The notes beneath the pieces were generated by a model. It had not been told where the DNA came from, did not search any database, and saw nothing but the letters and a program-made list of their open reading frames with translations. A stretch of 33,760 nucleotides of DNA from a virus (taxonomy: Duplodnaviria; Caudoviricetes), in the IMG/VR virus record IMGVR_UViG_3300049740_000090, positions 1-33,760 of that record; one strand, given 5' to 3'. Below, one piece after another: positions 18,673-26,929 of this stretch (its first letter is position 1; each line of letters begins with the position of its first letter). The position numbers were made by a program, and so were the translations under genes.

Positions 18673-19003
18673 CTCTATCTGCCTTTGCTATTTTATCGTT
18701 CTGTACTAGATTAGGTACACCTAACATAGTCTTAAGTAAAGTATCTTGTCTAATAATTTCATTATCTACACTTCTAACTCTGTCTATCAAAGCAATCAAT
18801 ATTCCATGTTGTGCTTCTAATTTAGCATCTAGCCTACCTTCCATAGCTTTTAATTGTTCATTTACTTTATCATCAACAACATCAATCTTAGATTCCATGC
18901 CGTCTATAATTCTATTAATTAGTTTCCAAACAAATACACCTAGTCCTAATGCTGCAGCAACAGGAAATCCTAACTCAGTTATTAACTTTACAATATCGTC
19001 CAT
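18653..19003 (-). CDS. Single-pass membrane protein with coiled coil (holin-like or curli-cassette partner)
   Basis: 116 aa, ELGFPVAAALGLGVFVWK TM then coiled coil; 3' end overlaps the csgF start by 20 nt. Confidence 0.55.
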   Translation of the reverse strand: MDDIVKLITELGFPVAAALGLGVFVWKLINRIIDGMESKIDVVDDKVNEQLKAMEGRLDAKLEAQHGILIALIDRVRSVDNEIIRQDTLLKTMLGVPNLVQNDKIAKADRDDQRKD

Positions 19004-19425
19004 TATTCAACAGGCTCAAACAAACCTAACTCAATAAGTTTAGTTCTATTAGATTGATGTACAGCTTCTATTGCAGTTTTGTTTTGACCAAAATATTTTG
19101 CTGCCATAAAATTTTCTATCATAGAATTATTTATATCTATATCATCACAAACAATTGTGCCTAAAACTCTGCCAAACTTTCCTCTAGAGTCTCTTAGTTC
19201 TGTACGTATAACTACAGTATCTGCTTTATCTATAGCATCACTTAAAAATTTAGCAGCTAGTTTACCTCTAGCTTTTTCATCTTTATTTCTTGTTCTAGAC
19301 TCAGGAGTATCTATGCCAAAAAGCCTTACTCTACTTTTGTATAAAACAGAAAATCCTAAATCAAGAGTAGCGTCTACAGTATCTCCATCTACTACTCTAT
19401 CTATTGTGCATTTATATTCGTACAT
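19003..19425 (-). CDS. Thermonuclease (SNase-like) family nuclease
   Basis: RVVDGDT, VRLFGIDTPE and GKFGRVL catalytic motifs; no signal peptide. Confidence 0.9.
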   Translation of the reverse strand: MYEYKCTIDRVVDGDTVDATLDLGFSVLYKSRVRLFGIDTPESRTRNKDEKARGKLAAKFLSDAIDKADTVVIRTELRDSRGKFGRVLGTIVCDDIDINNSMIENFMAAKYFGQNKTAIEAVHQSNRTKLIELGLFEPVE

Positions 19426-19567
19426 TATATTTTCTCTTGTGTCTTAAATATCTAAGATAAGCTTTCATATTTTTTTCAGCTTTTCTTTTCAAATAAAATT
19501 TTAATCCTAATAATCCTATTAAGAATATTACATTTAAAGCTATTACAAAAACTAACTCGCTATTCAA
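19412..19567 (-). CDS. Small membrane protein (51 aa), not in ORF track
   Basis: TTG start overlaps the upstream TGA. MNSELVFVIALNVIFLIGLLGLKFYLKRKAEKNMKAYLRYLRHKRKYNVRI fills the gap between two genes exactly. Confidence 0.6.
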   Translation of the reverse strand: MNSELVFVIALNVIFLIGLLGLKFYLKRKAEKNMKAYLRYLRHKRKYNVRI

Positions 19568-19758
19568 TGCAAGACTTTGTCTTCGTCAGCTTCCCATAGT
19601 GACTCTAAAACTACTGAAACTAAACTGTCTAGTTCCCCTACTACTTCTACACCTAGGTCTGCAGCAGAGTCTTCTGCCATTTGTAAACTCTCAGCAACTA
19701 TAGTAGGTCCTGAGTATCTTTTTTTATCATGTGTAAATTCTGTTAAAAATAATTTCAT
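19564..19758 (-). CDS. Hypothetical acidic protein (64 aa)
   Basis: ATGA-coupled ORF; MKLFLTEF...YSGPTIVA...VVGEL. Confidence 0.65.
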   Translation of the reverse strand: MKLFLTEFTHDKKRYSGPTIVAESLQMAEDSAADLGVEVVGELDSLVSVVLESLWEADEDKVLH

Positions 19759-19931
19759 ATAAACCTCGAAGTTATTTCTATTGCTGCCATACCTGCATAT
19801 AAACCATATATAAGCAATTCAATACGTACAAATCTTTTAGAGCCTTCCTCTAATCTTTTTTCTAAATTCTCATATCTAATAGTACATTCTCTTTCGTGTG
19901 AATGTATTTTATTTAAAGCTTCATCTTTCAT
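19755..19931 (-). CDS. Small coiled-coil plus C-terminal TM protein (XhlA/holin-accessory-like, 58 aa)
   Basis: Start better at 19931 (MKDEALNKIHSHERECTIRYE); HE.EC..RY motif and hydrophobic C-terminus. Confidence 0.6.
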   Translation of the reverse strand: MKDEALNKIHSHERECTIRYENLEKRLEEGSKRFVRIELLIYGLYAGMAAIEITSRFI

Positions 19932-19932
19932 G

Positions 19933-20604
19933 CTATGTCCAATGTACGTAGTTTGTTTGACTATTATTAAAATAAATTGTATTGACAGAAGGAGCTGCAG
20001 TATATGTATACTTTGTTTGACCTGTTGTAGCAGGTTGTCCGGGCGTCCAATATGTTGCATAAGTCATACTTATTCTTGGAATTGTTAGTTGTCCAAGAGT
20101 TGTTTGGGTATGTCTCATTGTATTCCAATTACTATTAGTTCTTCTTTGACTAAATGTTACTTCTAAACGAGCATTACCAAAACCTGATTTTTGATATGAA
20201 ATAGATGAGGAAAAATAAGCTCCTGACCAACCGGTATATGTAGAAGGAGATAAAGAGCCAAGGGTACTGCTTCCATAAGGAACTCCGGCAGGGTTAAATC
20301 CACCCATATCTGAAGGAGAAAGAGTCACAGGTCCATTTACATAACCATCTACATTAACAAAAGGATTATTAAAAGGAACATAAGTCATTGTGTGTGTTTG
20401 TGTAGTTGTTCCTGTTGCAGCAACTGCAGGTGGAGGTCCAGAAGAAGCTCCATACCATTCTGTAAAAGCCATCTGTACACTTGCTGATTTATTTATTAAA
20501 GAACGTATTGGTGCAGAGTTTACGTTTGATTGTGTCCCAGAAGAGCCACTAGCCTCAACGTGCATTTCATTTAAAGTTATTTGTCCGGAACTAGGTAATG
20601 GCAT
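19933..20604 (-). CDS. Putative tail-fibre tip adhesin (copy 2)
   Basis: 223 aa, N-terminal MPLPSSGQITLNEMHVE, S/T/G/P-rich; TAATG-coupled to a chaperone-bearing fibre gene. Confidence 0.55.
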   Translation of the reverse strand: MPLPSSGQITLNEMHVEASGSSGTQSNVNSAPIRSLINKSASVQMAFTEWYGASSGPPPAVAATGTTTQTHTMTYVPFNNPFVNVDGYVNGPVTLSPSDMGGFNPAGVPYGSSTLGSLSPSTYTGWSGAYFSSSISYQKSGFGNARLEVTFSQRRTNSNWNTMRHTQTTLGQLTIPRISMTYATYWTPGQPATTGQTKYTYTAAPSVNTIYFNNSQTNYVHWT

Positions 20605-21971
20605 TAGTTAGTTTGCTCAGGTATTTTATCTGCAATTAAAATAGCTTCCATTGCTTTTATCAATTCTCTATTGCCACGAACTTCATCAGCTAACTCATTG
20701 ACTGCTGCTATCAATACAGCAGTAAGCTTTTCATACTTTACTGCCATATATCCATCAGAACGAGTAGTAGTAAGCTCAGGAAATTGTCTTTGTACTTCTT
20801 GTGCAATGACACCTATATCGCTACCTTCATAAGTATCTTGATTATCATTCCAATCAAAAGTCACTCCTCTAATACGACTTAATTTTTCCAATGGACTTTG
20901 TAATTCTTTTATATTTTCTTTTAAGTTTTCATCTGACGAGTAGTAAGCGACAACATCATTATCAAATCTTCCTACTCCGGTAGAAGTAAACTCAACTACT
21001 GTTACATCTGAGCCATTTCTAAATTGATGGTCGGCTCCTGTTTTATAAAGCGTAGCACCTGCATTAGTAAAGTAAAATCTATTTATTCCATCAGAAGAGC
21101 TTACCCATGTATTAGTAGCATTGCTTAGTTTTGTATTTAATTGTGTCTGTATTGCTGATGTGACTCCATTTACATAACCTATTTCTGTAGATGTTGTAGT
21201 TGCCGGTGTGACATCTCCATTACCATCAGATACTAAAGCTCTACTAGTAGTTAAGTTTGCCATTTTACTAAAAGCAATAGCAGCATTAGCATCTACACTA
21301 GCATTGACAACTGCGTCTGAAGCTAATTGGTCTGCACCAACTGCATCGTCTGCAATCATAGCTTGTTCTACTGCGTCATTAGCAATAGTTATAGCACCAT
21401 TAGCTGCAATAGTAGCGTCTCCACTAATTGCAACAGGATTATAGTTTGTGCCATCTGCAACTAATACATGACCACTAGTATTAGTACCCATTTTTAAATC
21501 GTCACCTTCTATAGTTAGGTCACCACTCAAAGCTAGATTATTCAAGCCATCATAAACAGCAGCACCTGCACCTGCTCCATCTAAAAATAATAATTTACAA
21601 GTTCCATTAGCTATAGTTACAGAAGCTCCAGAGCCTTGTTTGACTACAATAGATTGTCCTCCTGTTGTTGAGTTTTCTACAAACAAAACTTTAGATACAG
21701 TTGTAGGTAAAATTTCTAAATCTTTTGTAGCAGTAAGACCACCATTTACTGTTGATGTTACTTTGATATACATACCTCTATATTTATCAGAAGCTCCATT
21801 TGCTATGGTTACTTGTTTATTTGCATCTGTTGTAAATGTTGCGTCTGTTTGATATGAAAAAGCTTCTGCTATCAAACGTAAATTTAAGTTTGTAGTGTCA
21901 CCCCATGTACCACTTTGGTCACCGGTTGCCATTTCATTTAAACGCAAATCGTTATCATATGTACTTGCCAT
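20604..21971 (-). CDS. Tail fibre with C-terminal intramolecular chaperone (peptidase S74)
   Basis: MASTY...G.QSGTWG anchor, A.DAV decamer repeats, YSSDENLKENI, RGVTFDW, GVIAQEV...FPE, V.YEKL.AVLI.AV.EL. Confidence 0.88.
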   Translation of the reverse strand: MASTYDNDLRLNEMATGDQSGTWGDTTNLNLRLIAEAFSYQTDATFTTDANKQVTIANGASDKYRGMYIKVTSTVNGGLTATKDLEILPTTVSKVLFVENSTTGGQSIVVKQGSGASVTIANGTCKLLFLDGAGAGAAVYDGLNNLALSGDLTIEGDDLKMGTNTSGHVLVADGTNYNPVAISGDATIAANGAITIANDAVEQAMIADDAVGADQLASDAVVNASVDANAAIAFSKMANLTTSRALVSDGNGDVTPATTTSTEIGYVNGVTSAIQTQLNTKLSNATNTWVSSSDGINRFYFTNAGATLYKTGADHQFRNGSDVTVVEFTSTGVGRFDNDVVAYYSSDENLKENIKELQSPLEKLSRIRGVTFDWNDNQDTYEGSDIGVIAQEVQRQFPELTTTRSDGYMAVKYEKLTAVLIAAVNELADEVRGNRELIKAMEAILIADKIPEQTN

Positions 21972-21991
21972 ATTGTTCCTCTTTTAAAAAA

Positions 21992-22729
21992 TTATGCTAC
22001 GTCAGTCCAATTAGGATTTTGAGTTGTATTAACTTCAGAATATCCTGCAGACTGATTATCATTAACGGGTGTATAGTTTGGTGTTTGTTCATCATTAACT
22101 AAACTCCAAATATTTAAAACTCCTAAGCTTCCACTTGCACTTACTGAGCTTACAGAAACTTTACATTCAGGAATTACTATTACTGTGCCTAAAGAAGCAG
22201 AACTGCTTAAGCCTGTCATAGGTAATACATTAAAAGTTTGTAAACTTATAGAACTTAACGCAGTTGTAGCTGTTACATCTCCAACCTGTGCTGCTGTAAT
22301 GTTACAGTCACCAATAATTATTTCATCTCCTAAAGCTGCAGTTTTACCTGAACTTGAAACTCCTTGAACTGAGCCACCAAATACAACTGCATTTCCTACT
22401 GCTGTTGTTCCTGTAACAGTATCAGTATCAAAAGTGTTTGTTACATTTACAATTGCACCTGCTGTATTTTGTATTACTCCTAAAACTGAAACACCTTGTA
22501 CGCCTGTAATAAACTCGTGAATGTTGGCATCTCCACTTATTGTGACTGTTCCTAAACCAACATTTGCAAAAATAAAACCACTAACTACAGGTACATTTAC
22601 TGTAATGACAGGTGTGACAGAATTGATAGAGCCGGTTAGTTCAAAGCCTACCGGTACAAAAGAAGCGTTTCCTGTTATGCTGCCCAAACCTGCAAAAGGC
22701 GATTGAGCAAAAGCTGTTATTCCAAACAT
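21992..22729 (-). CDS. Tail-associated structural protein
   Basis: 245 aa, MFGITAFAQSPFAGLG start, V/T/G/S-rich quasi-repeats, C-terminal repeated Q.P.[YW]..V. Confidence 0.6.
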   Translation of the reverse strand: MFGITAFAQSPFAGLGSITGNASFVPVGFELTGSINSVTPVITVNVPVVSGFIFANVGLGTVTISGDANIHEFITGVQGVSVLGVIQNTAGAIVNVTNTFDTDTVTGTTAVGNAVVFGGSVQGVSSSGKTAALGDEIIIGDCNITAAQVGDVTATTALSSISLQTFNVLPMTGLSSSASLGTVIVIPECKVSVSSVSASGSLGVLNIWSLVNDEQTPNYTPVNDNQSAGYSEVNTTQNPNWTDVA

Positions 22730-22735
22730 ATTTTA

Positions 22736-23335
22736 TTATCTCCATGGCGTACCTTCTATCCAAGTTACCAATGAATGTCTTATTCCCGAAGTGACAGGTG
22801 TCACACGATGTTGTATGAAAGAAGGAAATATAATTACAGTACCTTGTTGTCTTACTAAATGTTTTGGTAAATTTAATTCTCTTTCAAAAATTTCTAAATC
22901 TCCTCCATCATAATTGTCTTCGTGCGTAAGTTGTATTGTGACACTTAACTTTCTATCATATGCTATACGACTCTTTACAACTTCTAAAGGTGCAAAATCT
23001 GAGTCCATATGCCAAGTATAATGCTGTCCTTCTTGATATTCTGTATGCTGTATTTCATTACACCCACCAGAAATATCAACACCAAAGTTTGTTCTATTTG
23101 TGCCTACAACATAAGGCATTATTAAGTTAAGTGTTTTATCCCAGAGTTGAGGTGTTTCTGATGTGACCCAACGTAAAATTGAATTTCTAGTATTAGTTTC
23201 TTTTATACCCTCTGTTCCTGCTCCTATCTCTCCATCTGTAGGTGGAACTTTATTCATTATTTCTTCATTCAATTCGTCACATAAATCACGAGGCAAACCT
23301 TGCTCTCCATGAAACATTCCTACTTTCCCAAACAT
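22736..23335 (-). CDS. 2OG-Fe(II) oxygenase (prolyl-4-hydroxylase/PKHD-like)
   Basis: Y..GQHY.WHMD, RKLSVTIQL, Y.GGDL, G.VIIFPS...HRVTPVT.G.R.SLV.W. Confidence 0.93.
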   Translation of the reverse strand: MFGKVGMFHGEQGLPRDLCDELNEEIMNKVPPTDGEIGAGTEGIKETNTRNSILRWVTSETPQLWDKTLNLIMPYVVGTNRTNFGVDISGGCNEIQHTEYQEGQHYTWHMDSDFAPLEVVKSRIAYDRKLSVTIQLTHEDNYDGGDLEIFERELNLPKHLVRQQGTVIIFPSFIQHRVTPVTSGIRHSLVTWIEGTPWR

Positions 23336-23347
23336 ATTTAACCCCGT

Positions 23348-24061
23348 TTATCTTGGCTGTCCTATAAATTCTCTTCCGTCTAATTTATATTCTGAGCCTT
23401 TTTTGCAATAATGTATAAAGCACATATTAACATATCCTTTATCTAATTTTTCTCTCCAATGTTCAAGCTCTGTGCCTGAATAAACTATTGCATCACCTGC
23501 ACTCATAGTTATGCCATGTGTATTATCTGACTTATCTTTTATAAATATCTCCCACTTTTCTCCACCCAGACAAATAGTAGCAGAAACTTGAAGTGCAGGT
23601 CTGTCTTTATGTTTTCCTAAACTACTTCCTTCAGTATATTTTCTACAAAAAGAATTTGTAAAATCTAACTCTTGTTGTGAAATCTTTTCTATAAAATCTT
23701 TTTTCTTTTTTAGCAAAGCCTCTCCAACACTATAAGCATAACTATGCAAATCTCTATTAGCAAATCCCATTTTTTTATCTATCTTTCCAAACTTTCCATA
23801 AAAAGGAGAAGGCATATTAGGTTTTGTTAAACTAATTGGTATTGTATTTTCAAAATATTTTTCTATATATTCTGCTTTAGCGTAATGTATTTCAAAGCTT
23901 TCGTTAACTAAGTCTGCAACTTCTTCAGATAAAAAGTTTTTAACTAAAACAAATCCCTGCTCTTGAAATCTGTTTTGTAAAAAATTAATTTTTTCTTTTT
24001 CTATAGTATCAAAAAACTTATCATCAGCTTTTTCTACTGCTTTTAAAAAATTATATTCCAT
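23348..24061 (-). CDS. 2OG-Fe(II) oxygenase
   Basis: R.Y..GS.L.KHKDRP, S.TICLGG..W.I, GDAIVY.G..LEHWRE, FIHY. Confidence 0.85.
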   Translation of the reverse strand: MEYNFLKAVEKADDKFFDTIEKEKINFLQNRFQEQGFVLVKNFLSEEVADLVNESFEIHYAKAEYIEKYFENTIPISLTKPNMPSPFYGKFGKIDKKMGFANRDLHSYAYSVGEALLKKKKDFIEKISQQELDFTNSFCRKYTEGSSLGKHKDRPALQVSATICLGGEKWEIFIKDKSDNTHGITMSAGDAIVYSGTELEHWREKLDKGYVNMCFIHYCKKGSEYKLDGREFIGQPR

Positions 24062-24959
24062 CTACTCTATATCTTATATAACCTTTAACTTGTTTTACTT
24101 CTAGTGTTTCAAAGTCATAAACTATTCCATAACACCATATATCGTCTCTTAGTTTTTCATCAGGTATGGGATAAGTATGTCCATATTTTTCACACCAAGG
24201 ACGAAATATTTCTTCAGTTGCAAATAAAAATATATCTCTTTCTTGAGACTTACTGCCATCTTCATGATAAATATCAGCAAAAAAATACCAATAAGGGTTT
24301 ATATCTTCAGGCAAACCTTCAGGTCTAGGAATGTTTTCAGTTTGTTTTATTCCATAATAAACAATCTTTAACATACGCTCTTTAGTTTCTAAATCGTATT
24401 TTAATCCGTACCAAGGACACCATGTATGAGTGCTAGGGTCTATACCATAACTTTGTAAAAGATAAGAACTAGGCTCCCTTTGTACATGGTACATACTAAT
24501 AGAATTAGTATTTTTGTATGGAGGTCTTAAAGGTGCACCATCAGGAGCATAGTAAGTTCCTATAACATTTAAAGCACCAGACTCCCATATTTCTTCTTCT
24601 TTAGGAAATGCAGCTTTTACTTTTTCTAAAAGAGCCGGACCATCTCCTGTTGCAATATTCCAATCTTTTCTTACAAGTTTTTGATTGACGTATACTTCAT
24701 CATATATATCTGTTCTAAATAAAAAAGAGTCGTTTCTTCCTATAGCGTGTTTATATGCTTCAGCTTCTTTATGCCAACGTTCTAAAGTTTCTGCTCCTTC
24801 TTTATCAAAGTTTCCAAATTCATCAACAAGCAAAGCCGAGTCCTGTTTACTCCATTCAATAATATAATTTATTTCTTGATGATTGTATGTGCTTTCAAAC
24901 CTTAGACGATAAAATTCTTTTCCAAATTCATCTATATCTTTTCTTACACTTGCTACCAT
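24051..24959 (-). CDS. Hypothetical protein (302 aa), aromatic-rich, with internal repeat
   Basis: Long ORF on the coding strand, overlapping the oxygenase start; no family recognised with confidence. Confidence 0.75.
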   Translation of the reverse strand: MVASVRKDIDEFGKEFYRLRFESTYNHQEINYIIEWSKQDSALLVDEFGNFDKEGAETLERWHKEAEAYKHAIGRNDSFLFRTDIYDEVYVNQKLVRKDWNIATGDGPALLEKVKAAFPKEEEIWESGALNVIGTYYAPDGAPLRPPYKNTNSISMYHVQREPSSYLLQSYGIDPSTHTWCPWYGLKYDLETKERMLKIVYYGIKQTENIPRPEGLPEDINPYWYFFADIYHEDGSKSQERDIFLFATEEIFRPWCEKYGHTYPIPDEKLRDDIWCYGIVYDFETLEVKQVKGYIRYRVDGI

Positions 24960-24995
24960 TTTGTTATTATAACAATATCATTAAGTTATTGTGAG
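24960..24995 (-). promoter_or_regulatory. Candidate extended -10 sigma70 promoter overlapped by a palindrome
   Basis: Minus strand TGTTATAAT (TATAAT at 24971-24966), 6 nt before the ATG at 24959. Weak -35 (CTCACA). TTGTTA-N3-TAACAA at 24961-24975. Confidence 0.4.
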
Positions 24996-25787
24996 AGTGT
25001 TTGTTGTACTACCTGTTGAAGGAAAAGTACCACTAGGTGTTGGACCAAAAGGATACATATTACTTGTGTTGTTTGCCCATGCTGGTTGATTTGTCCATGA
25101 AAAAGTACAACTAGCACTTCCCGGAGTAGGGGTTCCACTAATTTGAAAAGGACCCATAAAACTACTAAATGTTGCTGATGCCCTAGGGTAATTCACATTA
25201 TATGCAGGATTAGTTATGTTCATAGTTGTCCAACCTGCATTAGTAAAAGTTGCAGGATATGTACCACCACCATTAATAAGTGTGTGTCTAAAACCCATTT
25301 GAAGAGTAGAAGGACCCCATGGTCCTGCAGAAGTTCCCGGTACTGAGGGTGAAAAACAACGTATTTCACGGAAGGATAACAAAGGATTTGAAGTTCTTGT
25401 GCCTCCTGCAACATTATACAATCCTGTAGCAAACCCACCCGGATACATTAGAGGCATACGTCCCATTGAGCCTTGAGCCGCATCGTTTCCTGTGCTCGGA
25501 AATGGTGCTACACCTACAAATCCATATCCCCAATAATAAGCAGAAGCAGCAGGTACAAGAGGTCCTGATGCTGTAGTTTGCTGTTCATATCCTATAGTAA
25601 AAGTTACTTGATTACTAAAGCCACTCTTACTTCGCCATTGTGCAAAGTTCACAGATGTAGTTCCGGGAGTATACTGATATGCCATTTGTTTAACTTCAGT
25701 ATTATTTATAGAAACACTTGTACTTGAAGGCAATCCTCTTTCTGTATTCATCTGTGACATTGAAACTGAACTAGAAGGAAATGCCAT
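24981..25787 (-). CDS. Putative tail-fibre tip adhesin (copy 1)
   Basis: 268 aa, N-terminal MAFPSSSVSMSQMNTE, very rich in G/P/S/T with few charged residues; TAATG-coupled to a chaperone-bearing fibre gene. Confidence 0.55.
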   Translation of the reverse strand: MAFPSSSVSMSQMNTERGLPSSTSVSINNTEVKQMAYQYTPGTTSVNFAQWRSKSGFSNQVTFTIGYEQQTTASGPLVPAASAYYWGYGFVGVAPFPSTGNDAAQGSMGRMPLMYPGGFATGLYNVAGGTRTSNPLLSFREIRCFSPSVPGTSAGPWGPSTLQMGFRHTLINGGGTYPATFTNAGWTTMNITNPAYNVNYPRASATFSSFMGPFQISGTPTPGSASCTFSWTNQPAWANNTSNMYPFGPTPSGTFPSTGSTTNTLTIT

Positions 25788-26929
25788 TACTTATCCTCTA
25801 ATTCTTTTATTCTTAATTGTAATTCTTTGATAGCTTCAATTAGTAATGGAGTTAATTTTGCATAATCAACAGTCATGTAATCTTCGCCAGATTTAGATTC
25901 GCCTGTTTCTGCGTCTGTATCAAAAGGAGCTAAGTGTACTATTTCTGGCAATACTTCTTTAACAGATTGTGCAGATACACCTACTTGTTTTTTATCTACA
26001 GTATTTCCTAAAGATTTTGCTAATTCATTTTCTGTAAAATAAAAAGTTTCAATTTGTTCTACTTTATCTAAAGCATTTTCTATTTTGCCCTGTTTATCTT
26101 TTAATCTTTCATCTGAATAATAAGCTGTAACATTTCCGTCAAAATAACCATTACCAGAAGCATCGCAGAAAAACCTGTCTACTGCACTACTATTTCTAAA
26201 AATAACATTTGAAACGTATTGCACATATATATTATTAGAATGAGCTTGTATTTTTGCTGACTTTTCTCCTGTCCAAGTACCATAATTAAGTTCAATATCT
26301 TTATTAGCAACTATATCAATACCACCAGTAAAGACTCCTCTACCTGCATCAGACATATCAAGAGTAAGAGCAGTAACATCACTAGAACCATCTATTCCTC
26401 TAAATACTATATCTTTATCAGCTACTTTTGCATCTATGTTTAAGTTGCTACTAGCCATGTTTATAGCACCTATTTCAGTACCACCATCTTTTATTTGTAT
26501 TTCTGCTCCATCAGCATCTAATTTAATGACACCTGCAACATCTAAAGTTAAATCTCCAGAAGCATTGCTAATCGTTGGTGCAGCACCTAATGCTACATTG
26601 TCAGAAGCATCTTCTACTATGGCTTTACTTGCAGGTAATGTACAAAATACATCTTTAGTTCCTGCAGAAAAATTTACTGCAGAGTCAGAGTTAGAACTAC
26701 TTATTATTGTAGTTCTCGCTAAAGTGTCTGGACTTGCGTCTGTTATAGTTCCTAAACCAACTTCAAACTCGTCTAAACTTTGATGAACGATAGCATAGTA
26801 AGTTGTATTGGAATTACCAATACCTGCAACAAACGACTCGAAACCTGTTTCAGCACCTGCTAAATTTACTGTGCCTGTTCCTGCAGTTGTTGTTGTTTCT
26901 TTAACTCTATCGTTAAGAACAAATGCCAT
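25787..26929 (-). CDS. Tail fibre with C-terminal intramolecular chaperone (peptidase S74)
   Basis: MAFVLNDRVKETTTTAGTG anchor; YYSDERLK, GVSAQSV..VLPE, TVDYAKLTPLLIEAIKEL. Confidence 0.88.
   Translation of the reverse strand: MAFVLNDRVKETTTTAGTGTVNLAGAETGFESFVAGIGNSNTTYYAIVHQSLDEFEVGLGTITDASPDTLARTTIISSSNSDSAVNFSAGTKDVFCTLPASKAIVEDASDNVALGAAPTISNASGDLTLDVAGVIKLDADGAEIQIKDGGTEIGAINMASSNLNIDAKVADKDIVFRGIDGSSDVTALTLDMSDAGRGVFTGGIDIVANKDIELNYGTWTGEKSAKIQAHSNNIYVQYVSNVIFRNSSAVDRFFCDASGNGYFDGNVTAYYSDERLKDKQGKIENALDKVEQIETFYFTENELAKSLGNTVDKKQVGVSAQSVKEVLPEIVHLAPFDTDAETGESKSGEDYMTVDYAKLTPLLIEAIKELQLRIKELEDK

Noticed and set aside
19932-20060. N-terminal extension of the 101-aa ORF
   Set aside because: Overlaps the adhesin-like gene; the ATG at 19931 directly follows its stop.
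25220-25438. 72-aa minus-strand ORF inside the 268-aa gene
   Set aside because: Alternative-frame read of Gly/Thr/Pro codons, with no SD or motif.
19933-26929. Diversity-generating retroelement or invertase acting on the duplicated fibre modules
   Set aside because: No reverse transcriptase or recombinase in the window, and no near-identical nucleotide repeat pair noticed.
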